Below are positions 53,408-64,000 of a stretch of DNA of 64,000 nt, piece by piece (within the stretch, counting starts at the first letter, position 1; the number at the start of each line of letters is the position of its first letter). Source of the DNA: Botryllus schlosseri (lineage: Eukaryota); contig CM119371.1 in assembly GCA_051294905.1 (NCBI GenBank), positions 26,848,001-26,912,000 of the forward strand, read 5' to 3'. The notes under the pieces were generated by a model. The model saw nothing but the letters and a program-made list of their open reading frames with translations. It made no database searches and had not been told where the DNA came from. A program made the translations under genes and the position numbers.

Positions 53408-55242
53408 CAGGGGTGGGCAAACTTTTGAGCCAGCGGGCCGCCTTCAACATGTGAATCCATTCGCGGGCCGCACTATATAAAATTGGGATTATAAACGAAA
53501 ATGCCATATTAGTAGTTGATTATATTGTGAGGACATGGATATAATGTATATGCTTATTTAAAACAAACCAAACATTACTTAGTTATAATCGTACAGCGTC
53601 AGAATCAGTGGCGAGATTTCATAGGCTGGTTAACCTCAATAACCAATTTGTCAAAACTATAGAGATGCCAGTCGGTTTTCCCGATTCCTAGAACCTTATT
53701 GAAATTTAGATCTGTGAGCAGCGATCTGTTCATTAGGGCTCTTCAAAAATGACTTTTTTTCTCAAATCGTATGGCTACTTGATAAAATTGTTAGGTTACC
53801 TAATTTAAGCCTACACACAAAATTTTGTTCAATTCCAGCCAGTAACCGCTTTGCTACAGGAGAAGTAAGTTTCTATTTATTATATAAAAATAAATGATAA
53901 AAATTTGAAAATTTTCTGTTCACCCCATGAAAGTGTTAGGCTGTCTATAGAAACGATGCTCACCAAATTTGGTTCAATTCCAACTAGTGGAATCAGAGTT
54001 ATCGCCGTCGAAAAATTTGGATTTGAATAAAATAGTATTTACTGTGAGCACAACTGTAATAAATAAATGAAGAATCGGTCACCGTAAATACTATTATATT
54101 CAAATCCAAATTTTTCGACGGCAATAACTCCGCTTCCACTGGTTGGAATGGAACCAAATTTGGTGAGCATCGTTTCTATAGACAGCTCAACACTTTCATG
54201 GGGTGAACAGAAAATTTTCAAATTTTTTATCAGTTATTTTTATATAATAAATAGAAACTTACTTCTCCTGTAGCAAAGCGGTTACTGGCTGGAATTGAAC
54301 CAAATTTTGTGTGTAGGCTTAAATTAGGTAACCTAACAATTTTATCAAGTAGCCAGTAAGATTTGAGAAAAAAAGTCATTTTTGAAGAGCACTACTGTTC
54401 ATAGATTTACTAATTCCACTTTTGGTTCAGTTCAAGGCCACAGAATGCTGACAGCATCATAACCATGTTAGCTTCTAACACACTTCTACTGTGTGTTGAT
54501 AAAATATAAATACCCAAATCCTACGGATATAGAGAACGAATCTTCCTAAGACACGCACGAATCTTATTTTATTAGCACATCACTAAAATAATTAAAACTG
54601 GAGTCGCCAATCTGAAATCACTCTCGTGATCCGAATTATGTAAATCTCGTTTAGGATTGCTGTGATGTTTAGCAGTTGAAACCTTTCAAACTGCGTGGGC
54701 CTTCATATCGGGCTGTCGCGCCAGAAACTGAACATGAAAAATAAAATAGGAAGTATTTACCTTTGAACAGTGGTTACCAAACTTTTTAGGTGATGGTGAA
54801 AGATTTCGTGCCCCTTCTCGTCTAATCGCAAAACTCAACCAGGATGCTAGCAAACCAAATGGATAGTTTGATGGCATGAAAGGTTACGACTGTAGATGAG
54901 AGATTTTTAATTATGAAATTGATACTAAATGCAGCGCAATGACTATGAACTGGAAGTAAATCGCGCGGAGCGCGAACATTTTTTTAGTTGAGCTCAGCTT
55001 CGCGCCCTCTTCAGATGCTTTCACTACCCAAGTGGGGCACATCCCCCAGTTTGATAACCACTGCGTCAGAATTATCATGGTGATATATACTAAGAAAACG
55101 TTTATTCAAGACCCTGGATTGATTCGATTTCTAGTGCACATTTTATCTATGTATTTAATAAGTTTCTTTAGACTCCCGAAGGCCGCATATAACGGTGTTG
55201 CGGGCCGCATGCGGCCCGCGGGCCGTACTTTGCTTACCCTCG
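53408..55242. mobile_element. Charlie-like composite MITE, same family as 35118-38809
   Basis: caggggtgggcaaac left end; TSD atctacgc/atctgcgc; internal sequence colinear with the other copy. Confidence 0.88.
53734..54394. mobile_element. Foldback (palindromic) MITE with ~310-bp arms
   Basis: 53734-54042 is a near-perfect reverse complement of 54084-54394; TSD ctgttcat; empty site at ~35440. Confidence 0.92.
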
Positions 55243-55795
55243 ATCTGCGCTGTATTACAGTCGTATATATATCATAGCCACGAGAGAGTACATGCACCAA
55301 ACATCGTACGATTTATTTCTCTTATCTTTATTCACACGAATCACAAAGGGCTTATCGGGTTTTCCCTTCAGGGAATTAGGTTATGTTTTATAACATTCCT
55401 CATTGATCACTATTCAAATGACGTTAACATAATATTTCGTTAAACTGGCTACTTTGCAGCACGGGCTTTGCTGATAGGCAAATAAATGTATTTTTCAAGA
55501 TGTCTTCCCTTCAACCAAACATCTCCTTATCCTAAGATAACTAAAAAGACGACGAACTACCCGAAATCCGCATGGAGAAATCACTTATTTTTTCAGTAAA
55601 CTTCGTTGTATAAATTTCAAAATCACCACGTCTGCTATAGTAAATTGGAAAAGTGTACTCCTTTACGGGTCTCTAAATATGGTGACCCTGTATTGGGAGA
55701 TATTTCAACGAACCCCCAGATATGGCGTGTCCTGTCCAAACTTGTGGAATCGGTGCGTGGTCTTTGAACATGAATTTATCTGCATATACTGAAGA

Positions 55796-55927
55796 AGAGC
55801 TTCTTAGAGGTACAGAACTTCAATATGCAATTGAACAGCATATTCATATTGAAATGACGATTACCCTTGACGAGTGTCAGCCGAAAATATTCGGGTTCAT
55901 TTCAATATGAATATACTGGTCAATTGT
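55796..55927. mobile_element. 132-bp Penelope-derived mini-insertion with a hammerhead-like core
   Basis: TSD atatactgaaga; start resembles 21450 (gtacagaacttca); inverted arms around accc-ttgacga-gtgtcagcc-gaa-aatatt-c-gggt. Confidence 0.75.
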
Positions 55928-56354
55928 ATATACTGAAGAGTATATATTAGGGTTACCATACTTATTTTATAAGGATTCGTCCTCTTTTTTTGAGAATTTC
56001 GGCAAAATATAGGCTAAAATTCGACTGAGATACAGTAAATCTGCACTGAAGTAACGTTCTGGCAGCTATTTCAGGAGCTGAGCCGGAAATCTGACCTTTT
56101 GTTTAGTCAACTAGCGGACAACGTGAAAGAAAAACTGTGTTGAGCGGGAAAGTTGAACTTCTTTATTTTAGTCAACCGACCAAGAAATGGGAAAAAATGA
56201 ATTTTTTTTTTTAATTTTTCACCGGTATAGTGAGTCTGAAAATTTTGAATAAGTGTCCTCTTTTTTAGATTTCTAAAATATGGTAACCCTAGTCACAGTG
56301 TATACAAGCCTGATACAATTTAGAGTGGTCTTAATATAGCACAGTAAATAACTT

Positions 56355-56606
56355 TTATTCATCATCATCGTTATTGCCAAAATACACTAAGCACTTAGCG
56401 CCAAAGAATATGACAAGGTACATTCCGAAGGCACTCATATATGTGACGTAGTCGCAACGGCGGACGGAGTGCGCCACATCCTCTCTTGGTTGGCCTGCTG
56501 TTCCTTCTCGACATAGGTAGCGGCCCGTCGCAATCCACAATAATGTGAAGAATAAGATCAGTAAGACACCGCAATACATCACGAAGTAACCTGAGAAAAT
56601 ATTCAT
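56355..56606 (-). CDS. Copy 4 of unknown 2-TM protein family (terminal exon probably 56355-56590)
   Basis: 83-aa ORF colinear with copies 2 and 3; acceptor ttttctcag| at 56591. Confidence 0.8.
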   Translation of the reverse strand: MNIFSGYFVMYCGVLLILFFTLLWIATGRYLCREGTAGQPREDVAHSVRRCDYVTYMSAFGMYLVIFFGAKCLVYFGNNDDDE

Positions 56607-57171
56607 GTTATCTGTAACGCAGCCGACTTAGAATAGGAATATTTAGCTGCATATATGTACCAAAGGTGGTCAGTAACGAAGTAGGCCTAATTTTACTTAT
56701 TCGTACTCCTGAAAGTCGGTTCAACTGACTGCACTCTAGTCTGTTACACAGCGTGAGATGCGACGGTGCCTTTATACATTATACGTTATAAACTGTTTCA
56801 GAATTTAACCAGAGTGTCTTGAATATTGATCAAAATCGATCATTTGTAGGTAACAAACGTGTGTGTCAGACATAGAAGTAGAGGTGGCAGAGAAATAATG
56901 TTATATTCAATACTTCACAATATCTCCTACTTACATCTTCACTCCCTAAATTTCAATAGAAAGAACATATTTAATTAAATCGGATAATTATGCCAGAATC
57001 GTGGCTACAAGCTTTAATGTGCAGATAATGTAAGACGCCACTAACAGCAGGATGAATATTAAGAGAAAAATACCAATCAATATCATATTATAAAAGATGA
57101 AGCTGCGACTTAATTTTGCCAAGAATATTTAGCTGTGATTCATGTCATTGGATATGATTTTTGCATCTCAC

Positions 57172-57279
57172 CGTCCAATATGTGATGAAATCTCCTGAGC
57201 TCCGAGAATGTGGTATAGCGACCAGGGTTCTGTCTTGACCCTCTTCTTTCATAGAAGATTCTGGGGGATCGAGTCCTTT
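57172..57279 (-). CDS. Putative internal exon of copy 4 (108 nt, ...RYTTFSELRRFHHILD)
   Basis: Conserved acceptor and donor; open frame. Confidence 0.55.
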
Positions 57280-58415
57280 CTGTATCGGTAATAGAATATG
57301 GCTAAGCGTTTCGTGCTCTGATCAAAACTTTACAAACAATTAAAACCGGGTATAAATCAATCTTGTGACATTTTCAGGCAATACGTTTACATTTCATCCC
57401 GATATGAGTTTAGGTAATGATCCATGCATACTAGATAACACGCTATACGAGCACTTTTGAATTCGACATGAAATCGGGAATCTCTTTGGAACGTATATCT
57501 GGAGCAGTAACTAACTATATCCGTTTGGAAACCGGGCCTGATATAACTAATGCGGTAAAACCGCGGGTAAAAACATGTGCTCACCAGTAATAGTTGCAAG
57601 GCACGCTGTCTCATTTATAACTGTCAATGTCAATGTCCTATCAATGAAATCCGAGACCTATCAATGAAATCCGAGACCTATCAATGAAATCCGAGATCTA
57701 TTAAAGACATCCTTTATACTACTGTTGTTAATCATCCGTAATGTAGACGATACATTAATGATTTCACTGCAGTATTTGTGAAACTGTTATCCTCTTTAAG
57801 GCATTCATTGGAAGTCCACGAACGACCCACAAATAGGGCGGGTGTGTGAACGTGAGGTTCACGTTCGCGTTCTGTGTGTGAACCTCAGCAATTTGGAGGT
57901 TCTCGTTCACAAACGGTTCTGCACTTTTAACCTTTTCCCGATATGACAATTTTCTTCTAACAACATCTTTGGTTGAATTTTTCGCCTTTCAACTGCGAGC
58001 CACTCTATACATAGCGCTGGCAGCATAAAAATCAACACTTACCTAACATGTACATTGACAATCTCAAACATTTTACTTGTTTTGTTACAAAGGTTTACTC
58101 GAAATATCAATCTTTCCGTTTGCGAATATTTAGTGACTGTCTGCTGTGAGCTTGTCAGCATCAAGAGAGAAACACACTACGTGTGGTCAATGAATGCTGC
58201 TTATTGACCTTAAATTGACGGTAAATTCGATGGCATAGCTATTCAATATACTTTTGCAAATAAGCAGGCGTGACTGGAAAATGCCAAATAGTGTCTAATT
58301 ACATTTTGAAATGAATTTTTGAACTTAGTTTGTACTCAGTTCCGCAAACCAAATCGCTCAGAATGAAGCTCTTTAGGCCTACATCCGAAACAAACCCAAG
58401 CATTCAACCACTCAC

Positions 58416-58485
58416 CATTAGAATCTTCATCACTGTGGTCTTCGTCTGCAGCTTCCTCAGCGGTGTTATCCGCTCTTCTCCTCAT
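58416..58485 (-). CDS. Putative first coding exon of copy 4 (MRRRADNTAEEAADEDHSDEDSN)
   Basis: ATG plus consensus donor g|gtgagt. Confidence 0.5.
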
Positions 58486-61400
58486 ATCGTTGGTGATGCA
58501 GCAACGAAAAGCGTAAGTTTATTAGGGAGCCTACTTGTTGAAAATAATAGGGTAAACTAGAGGATAAATATGAATATAGTTATATCTGAGTATGAAATCC
58601 GAAGCAGGTAACCACAAACTTCGTGATGCTACTAACCACCGCACAGCAATACCGTTAAGCGTACAGAGAATGCTGTGTAGACGATGCTGTGAGTTATGTT
58701 CGTCTGGTGTTGATTGCCAATGCGAACGGGCCCAAGGTCAATAATTAGATGATGAAGCACCTGGAAGAAACATCTAATCACTAATCATCTAATCACCTTT
58801 TCAAAAACGTTATTCCGGTGATGTACATTCTGGTCAGAACTTTGATCAATTCACAAATTCTCCAAACACGATAAGGTTAAAGTAAGAGTGGTGTTTTAAA
58901 CAATAACCTTTCAAAAAAATGGGTTTTAAAGTTATAAAATCATGGCATAATCGTGTAAATACTTTCCAAAAAACATGTTGTATGGGCCTACGGAAATTTA
59001 CCATCTGATATAGCTAACGTATACGATATTGGATGGTTAATGGAACACCTTATAATAGTCGGTTCAACATCTATAGTACGTATATATTTCGTCTAAGGAG
59101 CTATATTGACCCTATATTTTAATTTGTCAATGTCAAACCACTATGACGTCACAAATGAATATTCGTGACGTCATGGCTTGAAGAACAAACAAAAAATAAA
59201 AATCAAATTTCAAGCAAGGGCCTTATTTTGAGCATGTTTGTTTTGAATTGATTTTTTTCTTAAATGCAACAATATACACAGTTATATACATATACTATTA
59301 GTAGGAAAATATATATCAAGAAGAGGTAAAGTAGTTTTTCCAGTAAATGACCCGTAACTGGTCATATTTATACGTAAATCGACAGATAAGTACCAATAAG
59401 ATCCGAGGTCCAAATTTGTCTATAGTAATATCGTGGATGTCTTTTGCCGTTCTCTTCGACTTCCTCGTGTACAGGAAAATGTCGTTTCGGACTCTAGAAT
59501 ATCAGCATAGCAATTACTCATCCTAGGTAGCTCAGATTCGTTGTTGGTATGTCATTGCAAAACCGATGACCTCGAATTATTTACATTATCGTTTCGATAT
59601 GTCGTCATTGGCTGGATCAGTTCTTGAAAACAAGAAACCAGAGAGTACAAATCGCGCCGAGGCCGAAAAATGTTCAAATTGATCGGATAGCGGCCCCCGA
59701 ATGGCCTATATGTTGATTAACCAACGTTGTCGAGAGGCTTAGCTACAGCGGATATACTTTCTCTGATTGTAATGCTTGTTCAATGTAAAATATTTGGTGG
59801 ATTTTTCTGACTTGACTCCTGCTTCTGATCATTCCGATAGTTTAGGATGGGTTTTTGGGGCATCAATGATTAAGAAGCCCCTGTAGAACGGTCCAATTTG
59901 AGGTTTAAGTCATATTCGATTGGATACAAGAACTTCAAGTGGGAAAATGTGACTATAGTAAAACATTGTTGTGCATTTAGCTAAAAATAATAGCGTGGAG
60001 ATCGAGTTACTCGGAAGGGTGATTGCAAGGGCTCACGAATCTTGGTTGATTTTTCTAATATCGATAAATGAAACGAGCCTTCAAAGATATTTCTATACTT
60101 TAAACTCGTATATTCAAACCTGAACGGTTGCCTAATTACAATAATAAATAGAATGGTGTTACCTAAGGTCCCACAACTAACAGAAATATACGTTCAGTGT
60201 GGTTGTTGTATGGCAGTGGTCGGCAACCTTTATCCGACGCGACCCCAGTTGAAACGAAAATAAACTCATTCGACACATTTTGCCTTGCGATACGGAGAAG
60301 AGCACAATCAGGATTGCTTAAACTAAACAGTAACAGTTGCGTTGACCCCATAATAGAGCTATCTCTAATTTCAGATAACTATTTCAAAATTACCGTTTCT
60401 ACGACACAACACAAATTGTCACCGTTTAATTTGCATTGGTAATGCCATAGCTGAGCCTTTATAGCTGTGCCTCCACCAGTTGTCGAAGCCTCGGCTTGAC
60501 TTTTCATACGCTCAACAATGTCTCATTCTCTGCTTGAATTTGATAAAAATGTTTCATTTTCAATATATTGATACTATGCCATCCATATATTGCTAATTTT
60601 TTTTTCCTGCTGAAGATGCCCCTTTGTTCAATATGGCATTTTGCGAATTTAATGGTAACATGTAGGGTCGCATTAAAACATGGCCCTTATTTAAACGTAC
60701 ATATTTTCTCTGGTGTATTAGCCTTGTGCGGGATTGCAAACTTGATACCGTGGCAGCTAAAATCTGCTTTATATTGGTTTAATATAAGTGACCGAAGTTC
60801 TAATCGGTGCCGTATACGTACTCAAGTTAGGATGTTGATACCGATACTGATACCCCGGCAATTAAATGTATATTTCTACCCGTTACATACATATTGAAGT
60901 AACGGGAGGGACGGAAGTTTTAATCGGTCCAGTAGATATGCGAGGTAGGACAATGATACTTGAACTACAAATAAAAATTAAATTTATATTGTCTATATAT
61001 TATGTACATACGGGTATAGATGGTTAAGCATGCTAGTAGCTTTATTATTCAAGTAATGGAATAATTACCGCAGTAAATCTTTACTTAATGATGAGCAGAA
61101 ATGACAATTTCCAAGACGCGTTCAAACCACTTCAAATGGAAGTAGAAAAGAAATGCAAAATATATCATTTAAATTATACACTGCCGCAGGGTGAGTTGCT
61201 CTGAATCAATCTTTCTTCGTGATACAGAGTCAACACATGGTAACGCAGATCTTCTTACAATATGACTTTAGGAGGATGTGTGTGACGTCTTGTCTCGTAG
61301 ACACATACTCCGAGTATATCCATGATTATATCCGAACAAATTCGCTGGCAAATATTTCCGAAACTTCACATATCCTAATACTTTCTACGAAATAGGCAGG

Positions 61401-61637
61401 ACGCATGTCTAGAGTCATTTTGCGTCGCTGGGTGCCATGTATAAATCGAAACTTCAGTATTACTTGCTGTGGACCAATTACCGGAAGATTATCGACACGC
61501 AGAGGGGATCAATGCCGAAATCTTCGGAGTACCCAAGCCGATTTTCCCGCTTACACTATACTCAAGCTGCTTCCTTTCTACTCAAACAGTATGCTCGGTA
61601 AATACTTCAAACTTTGTATTTACATTGTAGTCAGTAT

Positions 61638-62846
61638 CAGAGTTGGATCAATTGTAATTTGTAATTGTAATTGAATGTAATTAATTACATTTTTCAATGT
61701 AATTGTAATGTAATTGTAATTGAAGCATTTTTATTTTGTGTAATTGTAATTGTAATTGTAATTTGACAAAAATTTTGCTCAATTACAATTTCAATTACAT
61801 TAAATTGCTATTGAGACCTGACAAGCACAACATAAAATAATTGACTTATAATGCATTCTCTTTAAATGTCGACAAGGAATTTGATGGATCCATTTGCGGA
61901 AGCCCTTGACTGCGCCCTTGCGGGCGAAGTTTTATTTATTTTTACCGCTATGCTGGCCTCGGCTGCCATTGTATACAATTATTAGCTTACTAACCAACGG
62001 ATGGATTCTCAACACGTGACTCACGATTGAATACGCCGAGAAGCGAACTGCTGAGCCGGCTAAAAGCAGCAGAATTGATAATCCTATAGCTGGCGACCCA
62101 CTAATGTATTGGAAGAAGAAGTCAGAAGAATTTCCAACGCTTGCTGCCTTGGCCAAAGATTATTTGGGGCTAACAGCAACATCAGCCCCGTCAGAAAGAA
62201 TATTTTCAATTGCGGGCAACTTTTATACGGCAAGAAGAAATTTACTGGGGCCAGAAACTTTTCGCACCTTAATGTTCATTAAATGCAATCCTGCAGTTTT
62301 TGAACAAGTAAAAATTTAAATGGAAACAAGATATTGTAATTTATGGTATCATGAGCTTCTTTCCATTTGCATTTTACTGAATTTTTCACACGCTGACGTC
62401 TTGACAGCTACATTTCATTTGCGTTGCTCAGTTTTGTCTATTCGTTTGATTGCGTTTCATTGCCCGTCTTGCAGCCTATTCGTTGTTAGTCATTGCCAGT
62501 CGCTCAAACTTTTGGTTGTTAACTGTCGCTTAAAAATATTTCCTATGACTAGGAATAGTTCGAAAACGTTTTTTCTTTTTAATAATTAACGGGTATTTGC
62601 GTATCATGAATGAAACATGAATACTTGAATTGCTGTTAATTGCGACGCTACGGTTGTCAAGGAGCACGGTTGAATTTATGATTATTTAATTACATGTTCA
62701 ACAGCAGCAATTGTAATTGTAATTGTAATTTAATTGAAGCATGCAAGGAGTAATTGTAATTGTAATTGTAATTTGATATTTTTAGCATGGAGTAATTGTA
62801 ATTGTAATGTAATTGAACTGAAATAATTGTAATTGATCCAACTCTG
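61638..62846 (+). mobile_element. Non-autonomous hAT element retaining the C-terminal dimerisation domain
   Basis: TIR CAGAGTTGGATCAATT; perfect TSD gtcagtat; ORF 62104-62319 YWKKKSEEFPTLAALAKDYLGLTATSAPSERIFS; (AATTGT)n subtermini. Confidence 0.93.
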
Positions 62847-63217
62847 GTCAGTATTTTGGATGCATGTTACTCCCTCGAGTGAAAATGTCGTGAAGAAGTG
62901 GATGAAATAACCCTTACCAGGCGGCTACAAAAGAAATTTCTCGAAAGCTGCGCCTTTTTGTACTATCGTACCTCATTTGCATTCAGCACGGAGACGCATC
63001 CCGCAATTTCGAATGTTGCCGCCCTCGTTTAACTATTAACAATATACGGCCCCTCTGTAGGATCTCTTGTTCGAGTATTTTCAAAGATCTACATTTCAAC
63101 TCCTACTTACAGTCATTTTGACATGTCTTATATATCACTACTTGCAACTGTATTTTAGCTAAATTTCAACGCAATAGAACCATATTTGCATTTCGACAAC
63201 ACCGATGTCCTAAGAAC

Positions 63218-64000
63218 TAGTGATGGTGGGAACGTGAGGTTCACGTTCGCGTTCTGTGTGTGAACCTCAGAAACTTAGAGGTTCACGTTCACAAACAAAC
63301 CTTGGTAGGTTCTGCACTGCGAACCCTTTTCATCTATTACAATTTTCACTTCATTATAACATCTTTGGTTGAAATTTATTGCATTTCAACTGCGGGCCAC
63401 TATATGCATGGCGCTGGCAGCATAAATAAAATCAACAGTAAACGAGCATGCACCTTGACAATCTCACAAATTTTACTTACTTTGTTTCAAAAATTTGCTC
63501 GAATATTTAGTGACTGTGAGGTTGACCCGCAATCACACAACATCAAGAGCTAAATACACTACATGTAGGTAGTCAGCGAATGATGCTTATTCAACCAATC
63601 AATGAAGTTGATATCGTTGTCTGATGCAAACAATGTAGCAGGCGTACGGGGTCAATCTTGATTATGTTTATTGTAGCATAAAATCCAAATTCGTGCGATA
63701 AGGTCGTAGGCTACTGCTGTATTCCTGTATAACTTGTTAATGGGTTAATATCGGCAGCAAGTATAGAAAACCGTTTGACATTATGCTCAATATCAACGTA
63801 GCAAATAGCAATACTCAGACGCCGAATTCATTGTCCGGTCTGGCCTATATCGTTAGGGGGTAAAGCTTAATTATATTCCCTTGCAAGTCCTCGTCGAAAT
63901 TGTTGGCAAAGCGACGGAAGATTTTGATTTTATGGGATTATTATATCATTTGATTGTACCAGTTGATACATTTGGCTAGGTTTAATATGTCAATATGTAC
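63218..64000. mobile_element. TAGGGATGGTGTGAAC-family MITE running off the window end
   Basis: Colinear with 37172-38458, without the SINE. Confidence 0.85.

Noticed and set aside
53115..55448. Outer insertion surrounding the 53408 MITE in unit 3
   Set aside because: Absent from units 1 and 2, but I could not define convincing TIRs or a TSD, so it is left unclassified.

Overview
Eukaryotic, AT-rich, transposon-dense genomic DNA that looks like a marine invertebrate; the species cannot be determined from the sequence. The backbone is a head-to-tail tandem array of four paralogous units (about 0.45-20 kb, 20-42.7 kb, 42.7-56.3 kb and 56.3-61.3 kb). Each unit carries one minus-strand copy of an unrecognised small membrane-protein gene with two hydrophobic helices, an invariant C-x18-C loop and an acidic DDE-stop tail. 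Comparing the units by hand gives a consistent spliced model (ATG exon, optional 36-nt micro-exon, 105-111-nt exon, terminal exon, all phase-1 junctions). The two 3' exons appear to diverge faster than the flanking non-coding DNA. The units differ by many TE insertions with readable target-site duplications (TSDs): hAT-type MITEs, an ISL2EU (THAP-DDE plus YqaJ) element, L1/Tx1-like and CR1-like LINE relics, two tRNA-derived SINE families, and Penelope-like elements carrying minimal hammerhead ribozymes. One insertion stack is nested seven levels deep inside a CR1-like LINE. A 6-kb internal duplication in unit 1 is half diverged and half essentially identical. All identities quoted are hand estimates, and no database search was possible.
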